Source: Bispira polyomma
Lineage: Eukaryota
DNA: 64,000 nt
NCBI GenBank assembly: GCA_965649765.1
Contig: OZ287752.1
Span: 46,934,001 to 46,998,000 of the forward strand
Reading direction: 5' to 3'
The translations under genes were made by a program, and so were the position numbers. A model generated the notes under the pieces. It had not been told where the DNA came from. It did not search any database and saw only the letters and a program-made list of their open reading frames with translations. Shown one piece after another: positions 46,401 through 57,910 of the stretch. Within the stretch, counting starts at the first letter, position 1. Every line of letters starts with the position of its first letter.

Positions 46401-49400
46401 CCCTAAGTAGAACTCTTTTAAGGCAAGCCCTATTTATGTGAAAACTCCCTAAGCATGTTTAGTCTAACACCCTTTATGTGAAAATAATCCTAAGTAGAAC
46501 TCTGTTGAGTCAAACATCCTTTATGTGGATACCCCCTAAGTAGAACTATGTTGAGTAAAGCACTCTTTATGTGGAAACCCCGTAAGTAAAACTCTATTGA
46601 ATCAAGCACCCTTTATGTGGAAACTCTCGTAAGTAGAAATCTGTTGAGTCAAGCACAATTAATGTGCAATCCCCAAAGTCGAACTCTGTTAAGTCGAGCA
46701 CAATTAATGTGGAAACCCCTCTAAATAGAACTCTGTTGAGTCAAGCACAATTTATGTGGAAACCCCCCTAAGTAGACCTTTGTTGAGTCAAGCACAATTG
46801 TTGTGGAACGCAGTAAGCTTTTAATTTTAAATATAGTTAAGGCTTGTTTTAATAGAGGGTTTTTTTCTGAAGCACCCTTGGGTTGGACTTTAAAAAGATA
46901 TGTGTGTGTGTGTGGGGAGGGGGCCAAGTATTTTGTTGTTTGTCTCTATGTGTGATAAGTTATTTGTGGGGGCAGTATGCTTATGTTGTGAGGGGTTTTA
47001 TGGAGTTTTTTTTCAACAACAGCTCAAACAATGTTTTTGAATCTTTTAGGTGGCATTGAAAAAGGTCTTTCAGGTTTATTCTTGGTGCAGGCTTAGGCGT
47101 AGACTTAAACTTGGTCGTTTCACCAGGGCACTGGCCCCTCATTAATGAAATATTGCATGATTAGCTTGCTCTATTATTATGTCTTGCTGGGATTTCTACA
47201 GTTGGGTGGGTTGTTTCCTCCAACATGTGCTGCTATCGGTGGGACAGGTGAGTTATTTTCTGGATTACCTGGATTAGCCATGTTGATAGCTGCGGTCCTG
47301 ATCACATTGTGCAGGACCACACATGCTTAAGCTATGGTGGCCACCACTGTTGGTTCCTGCTGCATCATTGACAGAAGCACCCGGAATCTCTGGGCTAAAA
47401 TCCAAAATGCATTTTCGACCACCCTTTGGCCTCTGGAGATCCTATAATAATTGTATAACATTTCGTTTATGTCTCCTCGGTGAGAGTAGGGATTCATCAA
47501 CCATGTCTTTAGGGCAAACACGTCATCTTAACTAGGGGACAGGGACTCTGACGCGGCTAATGGTTCGGGGGGGGGGGGGGGGGGGTTGAGTGAGTGGTCC
47601 TCTATTATCTCTTGCAATTTGGATCTGTTAAAAATCCAGGCATTCTAGCTTAAGCGCTTGAACCTATGTCAACCCACAAGAGATGGTAATCTCCATCTAC
47701 TACCAGGGCAAGCATGGCGATTGAGTGGTACCCCTTGTAGTTGAAGTACTCATTGCCACCTTTCCTCGGGTATCTTATAGCGATGTGTTTGTCCTCTATG
47801 ACCCTCAGGGCATGGGGAACTTTCTATGTATTCTGGAACACGGACTTGACTTTCTTCCAGTCGTCGGGGCTGGTGGGGCATGTGAGGAAATCTTCCTGGT
47901 ACTCATCGATGATAACATGGCAAACTTCTGGCATTATGGTTGACCTGCCCACTATGAACAAGTATTGCAGTGATGGTGTAGGACTCCCTAGTAGCCAAAT
48001 GCCTCAAAGTGATGGCTATCTTGAGTCCAGGGGCCAGTGCCTACCTGTAACATGTGGTGAGTCTCTGTATCCTGTGCCCCACCCTACTTTCCATCTCCTA
48101 GAATACATCAGGGGGCATCTTGAGGAAGTTGAGGTACGACTGGAGATCTTGCTGCTCCAAGCTTGGCATGAGTGATGTGTAGTGTCCTTGTTCTTACGTT
48201 TCCTTGAGCAATGTCTTGATCCAGGACCTTGGCCTTGCCCTTCGTCTTCTGGCCACTTGAGTCTGAGGCTGTACATTGAGTGCTTCCCTTTGCCTTCTTA
48301 ATCTTCTTATCCTGCTTTTAATGTCCATAATGACCATCTGCTGTGCTTTAATGAAGGCAATTACAGCCCTAAGTCCATTTGCTCGATTTATCATTCTTTG
48401 TGGAATCATGTGGATCACTTGACTTTTGAATTAAAACTGTCTGCATTCAAGTTGAACCATTGTTTATATAGCATTTAATGAAAATGGTTCCCGCCGATTG
48501 CTATTAACAAGATTTCAATCTGAATCAATCGTTCCATCGGCCAACTTATAGTATTCAACAACTTGATTGTAACGCCTTTACGACCTATCTTATGGATTTC
48601 AAGTATTCCAATGACTTTATCTTTAGCAATCAAGGAGGAAGGGAGCCCAAAAATGTGGTCAACGACTAATTGGTCTGATCAATCGAAATGCCAATGACTT
48701 ATTGGTGCAATGGTATGACGTATCTTGCTGGTTGTGGTGACGCATTTTATCCCGCCCTTTTTTCAAAACATTGTGGGAAATGCCATGGATTGCTCACGAT
48801 CGCATAATTGGGGCCTCTTCCCAAACTTTTGTCATAGTGGCACATCACAATAACAAGTGATGGTTATGCTTAAGAGTGGCAAAATGTGTAAGGTTGAATG
48901 ATTATAAGTGTATTACCTGAAGTGTCTAATTTGATGCCATCTAATTCATCTTGAGTCCAGACATGGTTATCCGTAATTTGTGCTAGATCAACAAGCTTTG
49001 GAATAAAGTCCAAAACATCTTTATTCTGAAACCCATGAATAAAATATGAAATATGCACTAAAATGCACTGTGATGTGAATTTAGGTATGATTTGCAGCTT
49101 ATAATTTAATTAAGAAATAACAGATGACGAACGATGATGTACAGTGATTTTGAAGGTTTTGATTAGAGGTGTAACACGGAAATGAGTCTGTGTATATGAT
49201 GAATTTTACCGCATCGTTCAGGTAATCAAAATCATTGACACAACTGTGCAACCCTTATACTGAAAACACATTGTCAGATAGATTACAGATATAAAGAGTT
49301 TGACAAATTTGACTCTGAACTAATGCAACATGGTGTCACTCCATAGTTTAGATATAGCATCACAAAAACACTGACATTCAACTAAACTTTGGACTTGTAT

Positions 49401-52400
49401 ATATGGCCCACATTCATGCTTGAACATGCAAAACAAATTATGTTTACTTAGAATAGTTTATTTATAAACATTGGTGTAAGCATCACACATATATAACCAG
49501 ATACATTTACCTGGTTTGTCCAAAGAGAGGCCCCAACATATAGAAGTATCCCCAGAATTAGAATAACAAGCCCCACAACCTAAAATGAAAAAAAAAATAT
49601 GTATGTACATGCTATGCATCCCAGAAGATGTTAATTCCTAAAATTGGTATGTGCTTTTTAACTTATAATCATTTTTGTAAAAAAAACATACACAAAGGTT
49701 GATGTTGATTGTTTATAATGTATCATGATCCACTAGTATATAATTTATGAGAAATATGACAACAACACAAATATGTCAAATATGAACATGACAACAAAAC
49801 ACAGTGTATCATGATGTGATCGAATTTTACTAAAGTGTATAAATAGAAAATAAAACCGATCACTTATTGTTGTTCTAGTTAGGTTTAAGACTAATTGTAA
49901 AATCCATTTTGTCAGTATTAACTGATTCTTTGTTGTACAGTTATTTGGGGTTTAGTGGTTTAATAATGCTCTTAATTTAACTTAAATCCATTAACCTCTG
50001 TAGTCTCATAATTTTATATGTAACTATTCTAACTAATCTCATGTGGAAATTGTATTGGTAATACAATTTCATGAGGTCATTATGGCCTTATATAATGTCA
50101 TTGTCACATAATAATTGGATCGGTTGTGAGTATTGACTCGATTTTTTGTTGTACAGTTTGGACTAAAACACAATTGCAATTAGTACAAAAATCCTTCTCA
50201 CCAAAAGATGTGATTAGGATGTGATTAGATGAAGTAAAAGAGTTTGGATTAATTATTTATTACTAAACCACTAAGATTTTGTATTATATATTCGTTTACA
50301 GAATATTACAACATGTTATGCAATACTATACACTATTAATATAAAATCGAATTTACTTGTAATTCAAAGGAGCAATGTAGGAGTTATAAATTAAAGTTCT
50401 AATATTATTCACAATGCACACATACCCACTTTTAGGTTAACTCAAATCCTACTAGTATATTACAAGTGCTTCTGGTAGTTAAATTTTTTTGCCATAATTT
50501 ATACTATATATATTGTAAACAGTCTGTACCAGTTAATATAAGCATATATAATGCATAAAATAGTTAACCACATGCTTAGTTTATAAGAAAAACTGTTTGC
50601 AAAATGGCCATTGCACTGAAACCGCTATCTGTTTTTAGAGTGTGGTCTCAAGGAGAGTTACGTGTGTGGGGTGTGCCTGGGGAACAGTGTCTGATCTGCC
50701 ACAGAGTGCACCACCCCCTTGTTCCACTAGTCATTGTCACCGCAGGCTCCTGACGGTTTCGCCTCCACTTTGTTATCCTAAAGCTATATTGATCAGAGTT
50801 GTGGTTTATTGATCAGAGTTGTGGTTGGTGGCCTACCATCACCCCCTACTTCGTGTTAGCAGCAGCTAAGTGTAATTGTAATTAGACTTTTATAGCGCTT
50901 AATCTCCCCTTTATAAAGGGGACTCTAAGGTGCAAAAGCACCAAGACAGTGATCCAATTTTAATATCCACTGACCGAAAAAAGGTCAAGCACCACAGAGA
51001 ATGCCAGGGGATGATTAAGACTAAGGTGGGTATGTCTTGGTGTACAGGTGGGTTTTAAGCCGCTTTCTAAAAGAGGCTATAAAGGGGGACGCACAAATCA
51101 CACCAGGAAGAGCATTCCATATGGTGTCCAGAGGTTTCGCTGTCTTTCCAGTTCGCTGTCTAGTTAGTCGGGGGGTTACGCTGGATATATATTTTAATTA
51201 CAAGACTGCGTTATTTATTTTATGATGTTTTCTCGAAAATTTTCATTGAATAAATGGCTGTATCTATATAAATACTTGACCTAAAATTTCAGTTTTGGTA
51301 TCACTAGAAAGCTGTTAATATGTTCTTTTTGATAGGTGTCTCCAATTTTAAATATAATAAATATTTTTAAAAACATATATGGTTCAAGTTGGACTGAAAA
51401 CTTGAAATTGTTACAAATACAAGTTTTTAGAGTGAATGTCAATAATTAAATGAATGTACCTCGGTAAATATAGGCGATATAGTTTTTCAGATTAGATATT
51501 CATAAAGCCAGATAAATGGGCATTCTAGAGAAAGTTCAAGTTGAAAAGAGTCAAAGATTATTTACAGCGAACCAACCAAAACAGCAGCGGAAACGTCAAG
51601 TAATGAAACCTCTGGTAATCTTCCATACAATGGGAGCATCAAAAGCAAAGTTATAACCAAACAGTTTGACTGATTTTTGAGTAGACGGTTGAAACTTTTG
51701 AACAAAAAGGAAATTACCACCACTCTGACTGCATCTGGTATTGTAAGAACTACTGTAAGAGGAAAGATATGAGGCAAACCCAGTGTGAACAAACTTATAT
51801 ACAAGTGTGGCTGTTTTAAACACTGAGCGCTGTTCAACAGGAAGCCAATGCAAGAACAGGAGTTATACTGGTGTATCGACTGGTGTTTGACACAATTCTA
51901 GCTGCACTATTTTGAATACATTGTAATTTGCGAAGATTGAATTTGGAGAGACTCCTGAAAAGTGAATTACAGTAATCCAACCGACATTGGCCACAAGTAT
52001 AGAAACATCATGAGTGACAAACAACCTGACACGTCTGAAGTCCCGGAGTTGCACAAAACAACTTTTGCAGACACTCCTAACATGTTTAGAAAAGGAAAAA
52101 ATGAGACTCGAACCACACGCCCAGGTTCTTCACTTAATCAGCTAGGCAGAAGGGGCTATCGAGGATGTCAATTGGGAAACATGCTTTCAACTTCTCCCTC
52201 TGTCTTTTTGAACCAAAGAGTATAAACTCAGTCTTGTCAGGATTCAACTTGAGTTTACTAGTTGACATCCACTCTTTTACATCATCAAGGCACCTGTCCA
52301 ACTGTTTAAAGGCAGCAGATGTATTCTTCTGGGATAAGTGCACATAAGCTTGGGTGTCATCTGCGTAAAAATGTAACTTAATGCCTTTGTATCTGCCAAT

Positions 52401-54866
52401 CACCAGACTGAGAGGAGCCATGTTCAATGAAAACAACAGAGGGCCCAAAACAAAACCTTGGGGAACAGCAAACAAGAGTTCCTAAGTTTGTCTAAAAAGG
52501 AAGCAAACTGGTCAGGTAATGACTTATCAGATTCGTGGGATGGAAGTGTCACTTCAGACACTATATTCAGGGTCTTGCGCAGCTCATGCCATAACTCTCT
52601 AGTTGTGACAAGCTAGCAGGTGCTAGTGGGATATCACCTCAGATGTTTCACATGAAACATGCAACACTGTGTTGACTGATATTAGCTAAGTAATTTAACT
52701 CTGTCCAGGTTACCTGTAGGGGTACGCTATGAAACTTAGACTTAAGAGGCTCGTATCATTCAGTCATGTAAGGAACTCAGTGTTGAGCTAGACTGTGACC
52801 TGGCCCCTTATACATCAACACATTGGATGATTTTGCAAGTGAAACTTTTAAAGAACACTTAATGAGAGACAGTTGTAATACCTTCTTTTAAATAAAACTT
52901 TCTTATTCCGTATGTTGGCCTCCCATCATGTAACACATTTCTCTTCTTTGCATCTGTGTTATTTGTATTGTTTCTTTAACTCTTTCCATTTTCATTAGAA
53001 TCTCGGAGAATCGAGAGTTATCAGGAAATAGCGTGGTACCATGGTCAATAGGTTAGGTGAAAACTTAGTTGAACAGGACAATTTGAGTCCTTTCCTGCTA
53101 ACTGATTTCCTGAGTTGGAAAAAAATGGGTTGGATAGCTTGAGGAAGGGACTTGCACATAGCTGGTGCTGTATGAAAGAGCCAGACAGAAAACGTTCACT
53201 TCTATACTGTCTTTTATGGAACTTGAGGCGATGGAAACATTTGATGTCCAGATAACTCCCACAAATGTTGCTTGCAGGGATGAATAATTATTTCATAAGT
53301 TTACTGGTTGTCATTTCAGTAAACATGTGTAATGTGAAAATTTAATTTGTTTAATTTATTGCTAAATTTAATGTGTTTAATTTAGGTTCAAAAGATAAAT
53401 ATCAATGTTTAATAATTTCAGTGTTTCTCATGCATATGATGTACATGTTGTATTATTTGGTGGTTTGTGTTCTACGAGTTATTAATGACTTTTTAGGTCA
53501 CTTTAAAGCTCACTACATCACATGTATTTTGTATGTACATTTTTGTCCATTTTCAGTGTAGTTAAATTATATGTTTCCCTATAGTATAGAAATTAAACAT
53601 TCTTATTTGTTTTTGATTTTAAGTAATACATGTGTATTTTTTTTATTTGTGAAAATAATTTTTTTAATTACTATTGAAATAAATAAATATTAATATATAG
53701 TAAGGTATTACTTTACTTTGATATTATTGTAAACTGTTAACTCTGGCTTCTACAACATCCAATATCATCAAAGACTCATGTCTGTAAAGGCCACACTACC
53801 TTTGAAAGTAGTCCCGGTACCGGCCGCTATTTTCATTTGGTATGATAACATCTTTAGGCAAGATGTGAACACAAGTTTGCCTAGTGGTTTGGATGACCAC
53901 TTAAAATGGTGGTCCTCTGTCAATGAGTAATATCTCCAGTGGCAGATTAAAGATCCTTGGGGACGTTGATAAATGGTCATTCTCAAGCACCTCGGCGCCC
54001 ATAGTGGCTGCCCATGAGGAAGAGCATTTGAAAGGACTTTGTGTTCTATAAGTGAGCTGTAACAAATGTGGTATTTTATTTTTCATTATTTCAAATAGTA
54101 TAATAACTAGATTAAAAGTATCCTTTTTAAACCATTCCTTTGTTGTGACTAAAAAATGTGGTTTCTGTGAAATGCAAATCTCATTAAAAACTCACAATAG
54201 AATGCTGGTAATCTTATTATATGTCATACTTATGGCTTCTAAACCTTTAAAATCAAGTAGAGGTAAATTGCAGAAAACTTTAAATGAGTTTAAATAACAA
54301 TGTGCATTAAAATTTAAAAGCGCAGATGGGTATTACTGGATATCTACTATAATATATTGATTCTATATATATACTATGTCACTATAATAAATGAATAAAT
54401 AAATTATATAACTCACTATAAGAACCATATAGACATTTCTGTATATATACTCACCATGACAACTATACAGATATATCTGTAATATATAACTTTCCATGAG
54501 AACTATAGACATATATCTGTATTATATAACTTAGCATGAGAACTATAAAGACGTATCTGTATAATTTGACTTAGCGTGAGAACTATACAGACGTATCTGT
54601 AATCTATAACTTAGCATGAGAACTGTAGACATATATCTGTAGTATATAACTTACCGTGAGAACTATACAGACGTATCTGTATTATATAACTCACCATGAG
54701 AACTATATCGACGTATCTATATTATATAACTCACCATGACAACTATATAACTCACCATAAGAACTATAAGGGCCACCAATCCCACCCTAAACAATAACTT
54801 GGCCCTCCTCTCTAGCCTTTTGTCCTCCTCGGTTTGATATGCTGGTGGTGGTTCTTTTTCCGTCAT
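34430..54866 (-). CDS. Tetraspanin paralog B (~339 aa, 10 coding exons, possible extra 28-nt exon)
   Basis: Exons 54866-54756 (MTEKEPPPAY..LIVLM), 49579-49511, 49025-48917, 43437-43325, 41986-41918, 40915-40811 (..SVAWNFFMIK), 40145-40017 (YECCG..TPLACCK), 39545-39450, 35236-35153 (GCWGAV..), 34564-34430. GT-AG throughout, intron phases identical to paralog A, 1020 nt. Confidence 0.9.
35225..36540. repeat. Tandem repeat, 68-bp unit, ~19 copies, containing the acceptor and first codons of tetraspanin B exon 9
   Basis: Unit gccccaacagccctgttaatacagataatctacagtaaagtaactatacagatacaatccctcacatc. Period seen at 35225/35293/35361. Confidence 0.97.
36545..36790 (+). mobile_element. L2-like LINE 3' fragment
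   Basis: QQAYLS, VAAPAKWNSFS, FRKKLKTHLFKFAFLP*. Confidence 0.6.
40388..40668. other. Assembly gap (281 N) within a tetraspanin B intron
   Basis: Run of N. The flanking exons join in frame without it. Confidence 1.
41130..41700 (+). mobile_element. LINE 3' fragment related to 31165-33030
   Basis: EIGRWQR..RTCKFCNNGIEGENHFIF motif, decayed. Confidence 0.6.
42722..42896. repeat. Tandem repeat, 15-bp unit, ~11 copies
   Basis: gagtaatgaataaga repeated. Confidence 0.95.
43697..44840. repeat. Tandem repeat, 31-bp unit, split by an L2 fragment
   Basis: Unit tctactgtagtttgtatgactcactagtcaa. ~17 copies at 43697-44243 and ~8 copies at 44598-44840. Confidence 0.95.
44244..44600 (-). mobile_element. 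L2-like LINE 3' end inserted in the 31-bp array
   Basis: TRRSNP..AHDGPLIWNSLPDHVRLA..SFRSKLKADLFEPAFPP*, followed by gcgctataaaagt and a (gatta)n tail. Confidence 0.85.
45259..46342 (+). pseudogene. Harbinger accessory Myb/SANT(MADF)-like ORF, disrupted
   Basis: EEALVDFLWDHEWLYNKKDLKYKDT..LW, KWFQLQRTIY, KLTERQHWV, and a Gln-rich C-terminus. Confidence 0.7.
46390..46812. repeat. Tandem repeat, ~45-47-bp unit, ~9 copies, inside the Harbinger element
   Basis: Unit tttatgtggaaaccccctaagtagaactctgttgagtcaagca. Confidence 0.85.
47120..48418 (-). pseudogene. Harbinger/HARBI1-type DDE transposase, disrupted
   Basis: VPHAL..DKHIAIRYPRKGGNEYFNYKGYHSIAMLALVVDGDY..WVDIG and FALKTWLMNPYS..YRISRGQRVVENAFWILAQRFRVL. 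Confidence 0.9.
50870..52485 (-). mobile_element. 5'-truncated L2-like LINE, interrupted by a MITE
   Basis: VPQGFVLGPLLFSL, HFYADDTQAY, WMSTSKLKLNPDKTEFILFG, LHWLPVEQRSVFKTATLVYK. C-terminus WNALP..FRKRLKTHLY resumes below 51128. Confidence 0.9.
51128..51615. mobile_element. MITE inserted in the L2 element
   Basis: Inverted ends ccagaggtttc..gttcgctgt / acagcgaac..gaaacctctgg. It splits the L2 reading APIVW|WNALP. Confidence 0.7.
54405..54770. repeat. Tandem repeat, ~40-bp unit, ~9 copies, containing the tetraspanin B exon-1 donor
   Basis: Unit tataactcaccatgagaactatacagacgtatctgtatta. Minus strand TTCTCATG|gtgagt matches the real donor TTCTTATG|gtgagt. Confidence 0.92.
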
Positions 54867-57269
54867 CTCAATTTTACAAGTTAAAATATACTGTTATGGG
54901 AATTTTTTTTTTAAATTTTAACAATGCAACATTTGAGAAGGTATTAAGTCTTGTATGATTGGTCTGTTATATCCAATACACTATAATAAACTATATACTT
55001 TCCTCCTGCACAACTTGTAGTTTTAGACTTCACCCTTTACTAATTTATAAAAATATGCTGTCATTTCCTAATGCGTATAGTGACACAGTAATATTTGTTA
55101 GAGTATTTAAAACATACTAAGATATGATAAATCAATAATCAATAAGCCACTAATGGAGCAGACTGTATGTAAGCTGTGAGTTTTTACAGTGTCTTCCAGG
55201 TAAATCCCGGGCTCTAATCACAACAAAAACACAATAAACTCCATGATAAACAAGTCCATAAAAAGGGACTTCTAAATGGTAGGTAAACTGGTAGTGTTAC
55301 TTCGTGTAGACTATAAGACGAAAGGTCTTACACGGCGATACTTCTGTATAGCCAACGTCAAACACCAATAATATACAGTTTAAAGATATTATATTATTAA
55401 AATGTTAGACATGTTAAAATGCAAACATAATTACTAAGGTGTTACTATTTACTAATGTTAACACACACACAAAAAAAAACACACTAATAAAGTAATACTA
55501 AGGCACATTAAGAAGTTAGTAAAGACAAATCAATAAAAAACAATACTAAAGCCATAAAATCAAATACAATCAACATAATAATAGACACAGAGATAACTGA
55601 GAATATATGAGCACTTATTGACTTTAAAGTGTAACCATAGGGAGCCTTCACCATAACATACCCATGTGTTAGATGCAAACAGTTAAGATACATAAGTAAT
55701 ACATAACTAGTTACCAGGGCCCAAACTTATAGGGGAAGTAAGAGTTTCTTCGTCACTGTACAGCACGACCACAGAGGGGTCTGCTAACGCAGTTTCCCAT
55801 TAGGTTGTATGACCACCTTAACCCCTAGGGGCAGATTTGACTATAAGGCTTCAATCTGTCTCCTCCAATCAGATTCTTATATGATAGAACACATGCAAGA
55901 CGAGAGGGTCACGTACCATATTGATCTCGCACACTGACAGAGAAACAGCTTTTAAAAATCCCCCCCCCCCCACCTCTCCTTTACCTCAGCAATAAGGACT
56001 GCTTAAGAATTTTAAGTCTGTTTACTTTTCCCACGTGCCACTGCTAATGGTTCGACCCCGGATCCGTGTGCTGCTGGTTTCCGGCTTGTAAACTACCCCC
56101 TGGTGTGGGCTACTGGGGATTAAAGCTCTGCAGCCGGGAACCTTCACTGCAAGGCGACTAGGTGCCATAGGACCCGGGTTCTAACTATGGCAGTGGTTTC
56201 TTTAAGGATAGGAAAGTGTGTGATCAATTTAAAGGGCTTGTATGATGCGGCCAATTCATTTGATGTTAATTTACTTGAATGCGTGACCTAAGGTCATTGG
56301 AAAATGTTACTGATAAATGGATGGAGATATTATGCTCAAACTTCTCAGTGAATGGGGTGCAAACTTTATTACACTGTTTGAGAAAGATGTTTGTATATTA
56401 TGCTAACTGATAGAGGCTAGTCCGAAGAATTATTGTGGGTATTATTTTATGGGGTCTGTGAACCTCTGTTATTGTATTTTATGGTATTTTATATGTGGGT
56501 ATTTCAAAAATATCTGCAAATATTTTAAAAACTTTACACTTAACCCTGAAACTGTACATAAATCTGACTAACTTGTAAAATAAAATATCTCAAACATGGC
56601 TTCAATACTTATAACTTGGAAATACATGAACTATAACATTTGGCCTTCAACAACACAGTAGGTTACTACCTAATGACTTTTATATGACCTTCTATTCCTA
56701 ACCAGGAGAACTGTGCCACAAAGTAGCATGGCTAGTCAGCCGCGAAAAATGTTATACATTACAGTACCTTCTATTTTAAAGCTATTTGCTAACCACAGTC
56801 ACTACAACTCCAGTGCTGCATCTAGATATCAGCACCGAATACTCTCCTCGGCGTTTTTGTGCCCTTTTCATTAATGTCACTGATAATTTAGAAGACAAGT
56901 CTCACTCTCCTCAGCGTTTTCGCGCCCTTTCCATGATAAGCTCACTATTAAGTTGGAAGTCAAACTACCAACATCAAAAATCTCCCAACCCTCCTCCTTT
57001 GTACATATTTGTAGACTTTAGAGGTAAAAATATTTTTAAAATGTGAGGTTAACACTCACATTACATAGTTTTGTTGCCCTATGGCTTTATTTTCTTAGTT
57101 GTTAAAGCTATGATTAGTTATATTTACCATATTGCTTTATCAGTATTTTCATTTTAGCTATGATTGGTTATATTTACCATATTGCTGTACTAGCATTTCA
57201 TTTTTACTTGCTTATTGGCATTTTAAAATTTTAGTTTTTATCTAAAATTTTCTGTATAGTTAGAAGCTA

Positions 57270-57910
57270 AAGATTTATAAATAAATATCCCAAACTGCAT
57301 CTGACCTCTTACCTTTCGAAACCCCACATACAAGGTCAAACCCCATATTATGACCTTGACCTCAAACTCATTTAATTCAGCTGGTTGAAAGTTTTGTAAA
57401 ACCTTGTCAGTTACCCTGGGGTTAGCCGCAATGTAACTCCAAACTGTATCTGATCTACATTTTCATTGAAGGCCAAAGTTGCCCCCGACCTGTGAAAAGT
57501 GTGGAAACCATATATGTGTGGTGGTCAATGTTTAGAGTGTTTTAAGGCTCTGCACACCATGGCATCCATGACAGAGGATGTTTTGTAAGTGCTGTACACA
57601 GGCATAAAGGTTTCCTTTTGTTGCAGGGATTTGTTGGTACATTGGCAGTAACTGGACACAGTGGGTGAGGGTGAAGTTTTGGAACAGAAATGAATAGTAA
57701 TATATTTAACAGAGCCATGGTGTAACAGGTAAACTAATAAAACCTCAACATCAGGTGAACCTTGTTCTGCTGTAACACTGCACAAAGAAGGGCAGAAAAT
57801 GGCACCTGTTTTTAATGGTAAACACGTATTTACAAACAGAACTGTAAGTGAGGCCAATGTGTACTACCCCCCCCCCCCCCCGCTTCCCGCCTCCCCTGGA
57901 GCCATCATTG
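57270..57910 (-). mobile_element. DIRS/Ngaro-like remnant (tyrosine recombinase C-terminus and G-rich terminal segment)
   Basis: Minus strand PHIYGFHTFHRSGATLAFNENV..DTVWSYI at ~57420-57525. The C-rich run at 57866-57900 resembles the reverse complement of 5990-6022. Confidence 0.65.

Larger units (their letters stand above)
44865..48850. mobile_element. PIF/Harbinger DNA transposon, near full length, degenerate
   Basis: Imperfect 18-bp TIRs (tatccctgttccactatg / catagtggcacatcacaa) flanked by TAA on both sides. Convergent Myb/SANT-like ORF (+) and DDE transposase (-). Confidence 0.9.

Noticed and set aside
53768-54086. Possible coding fragment
   Set aside because: Frameshifted, no recognisable motif, and no consistent splice sites.
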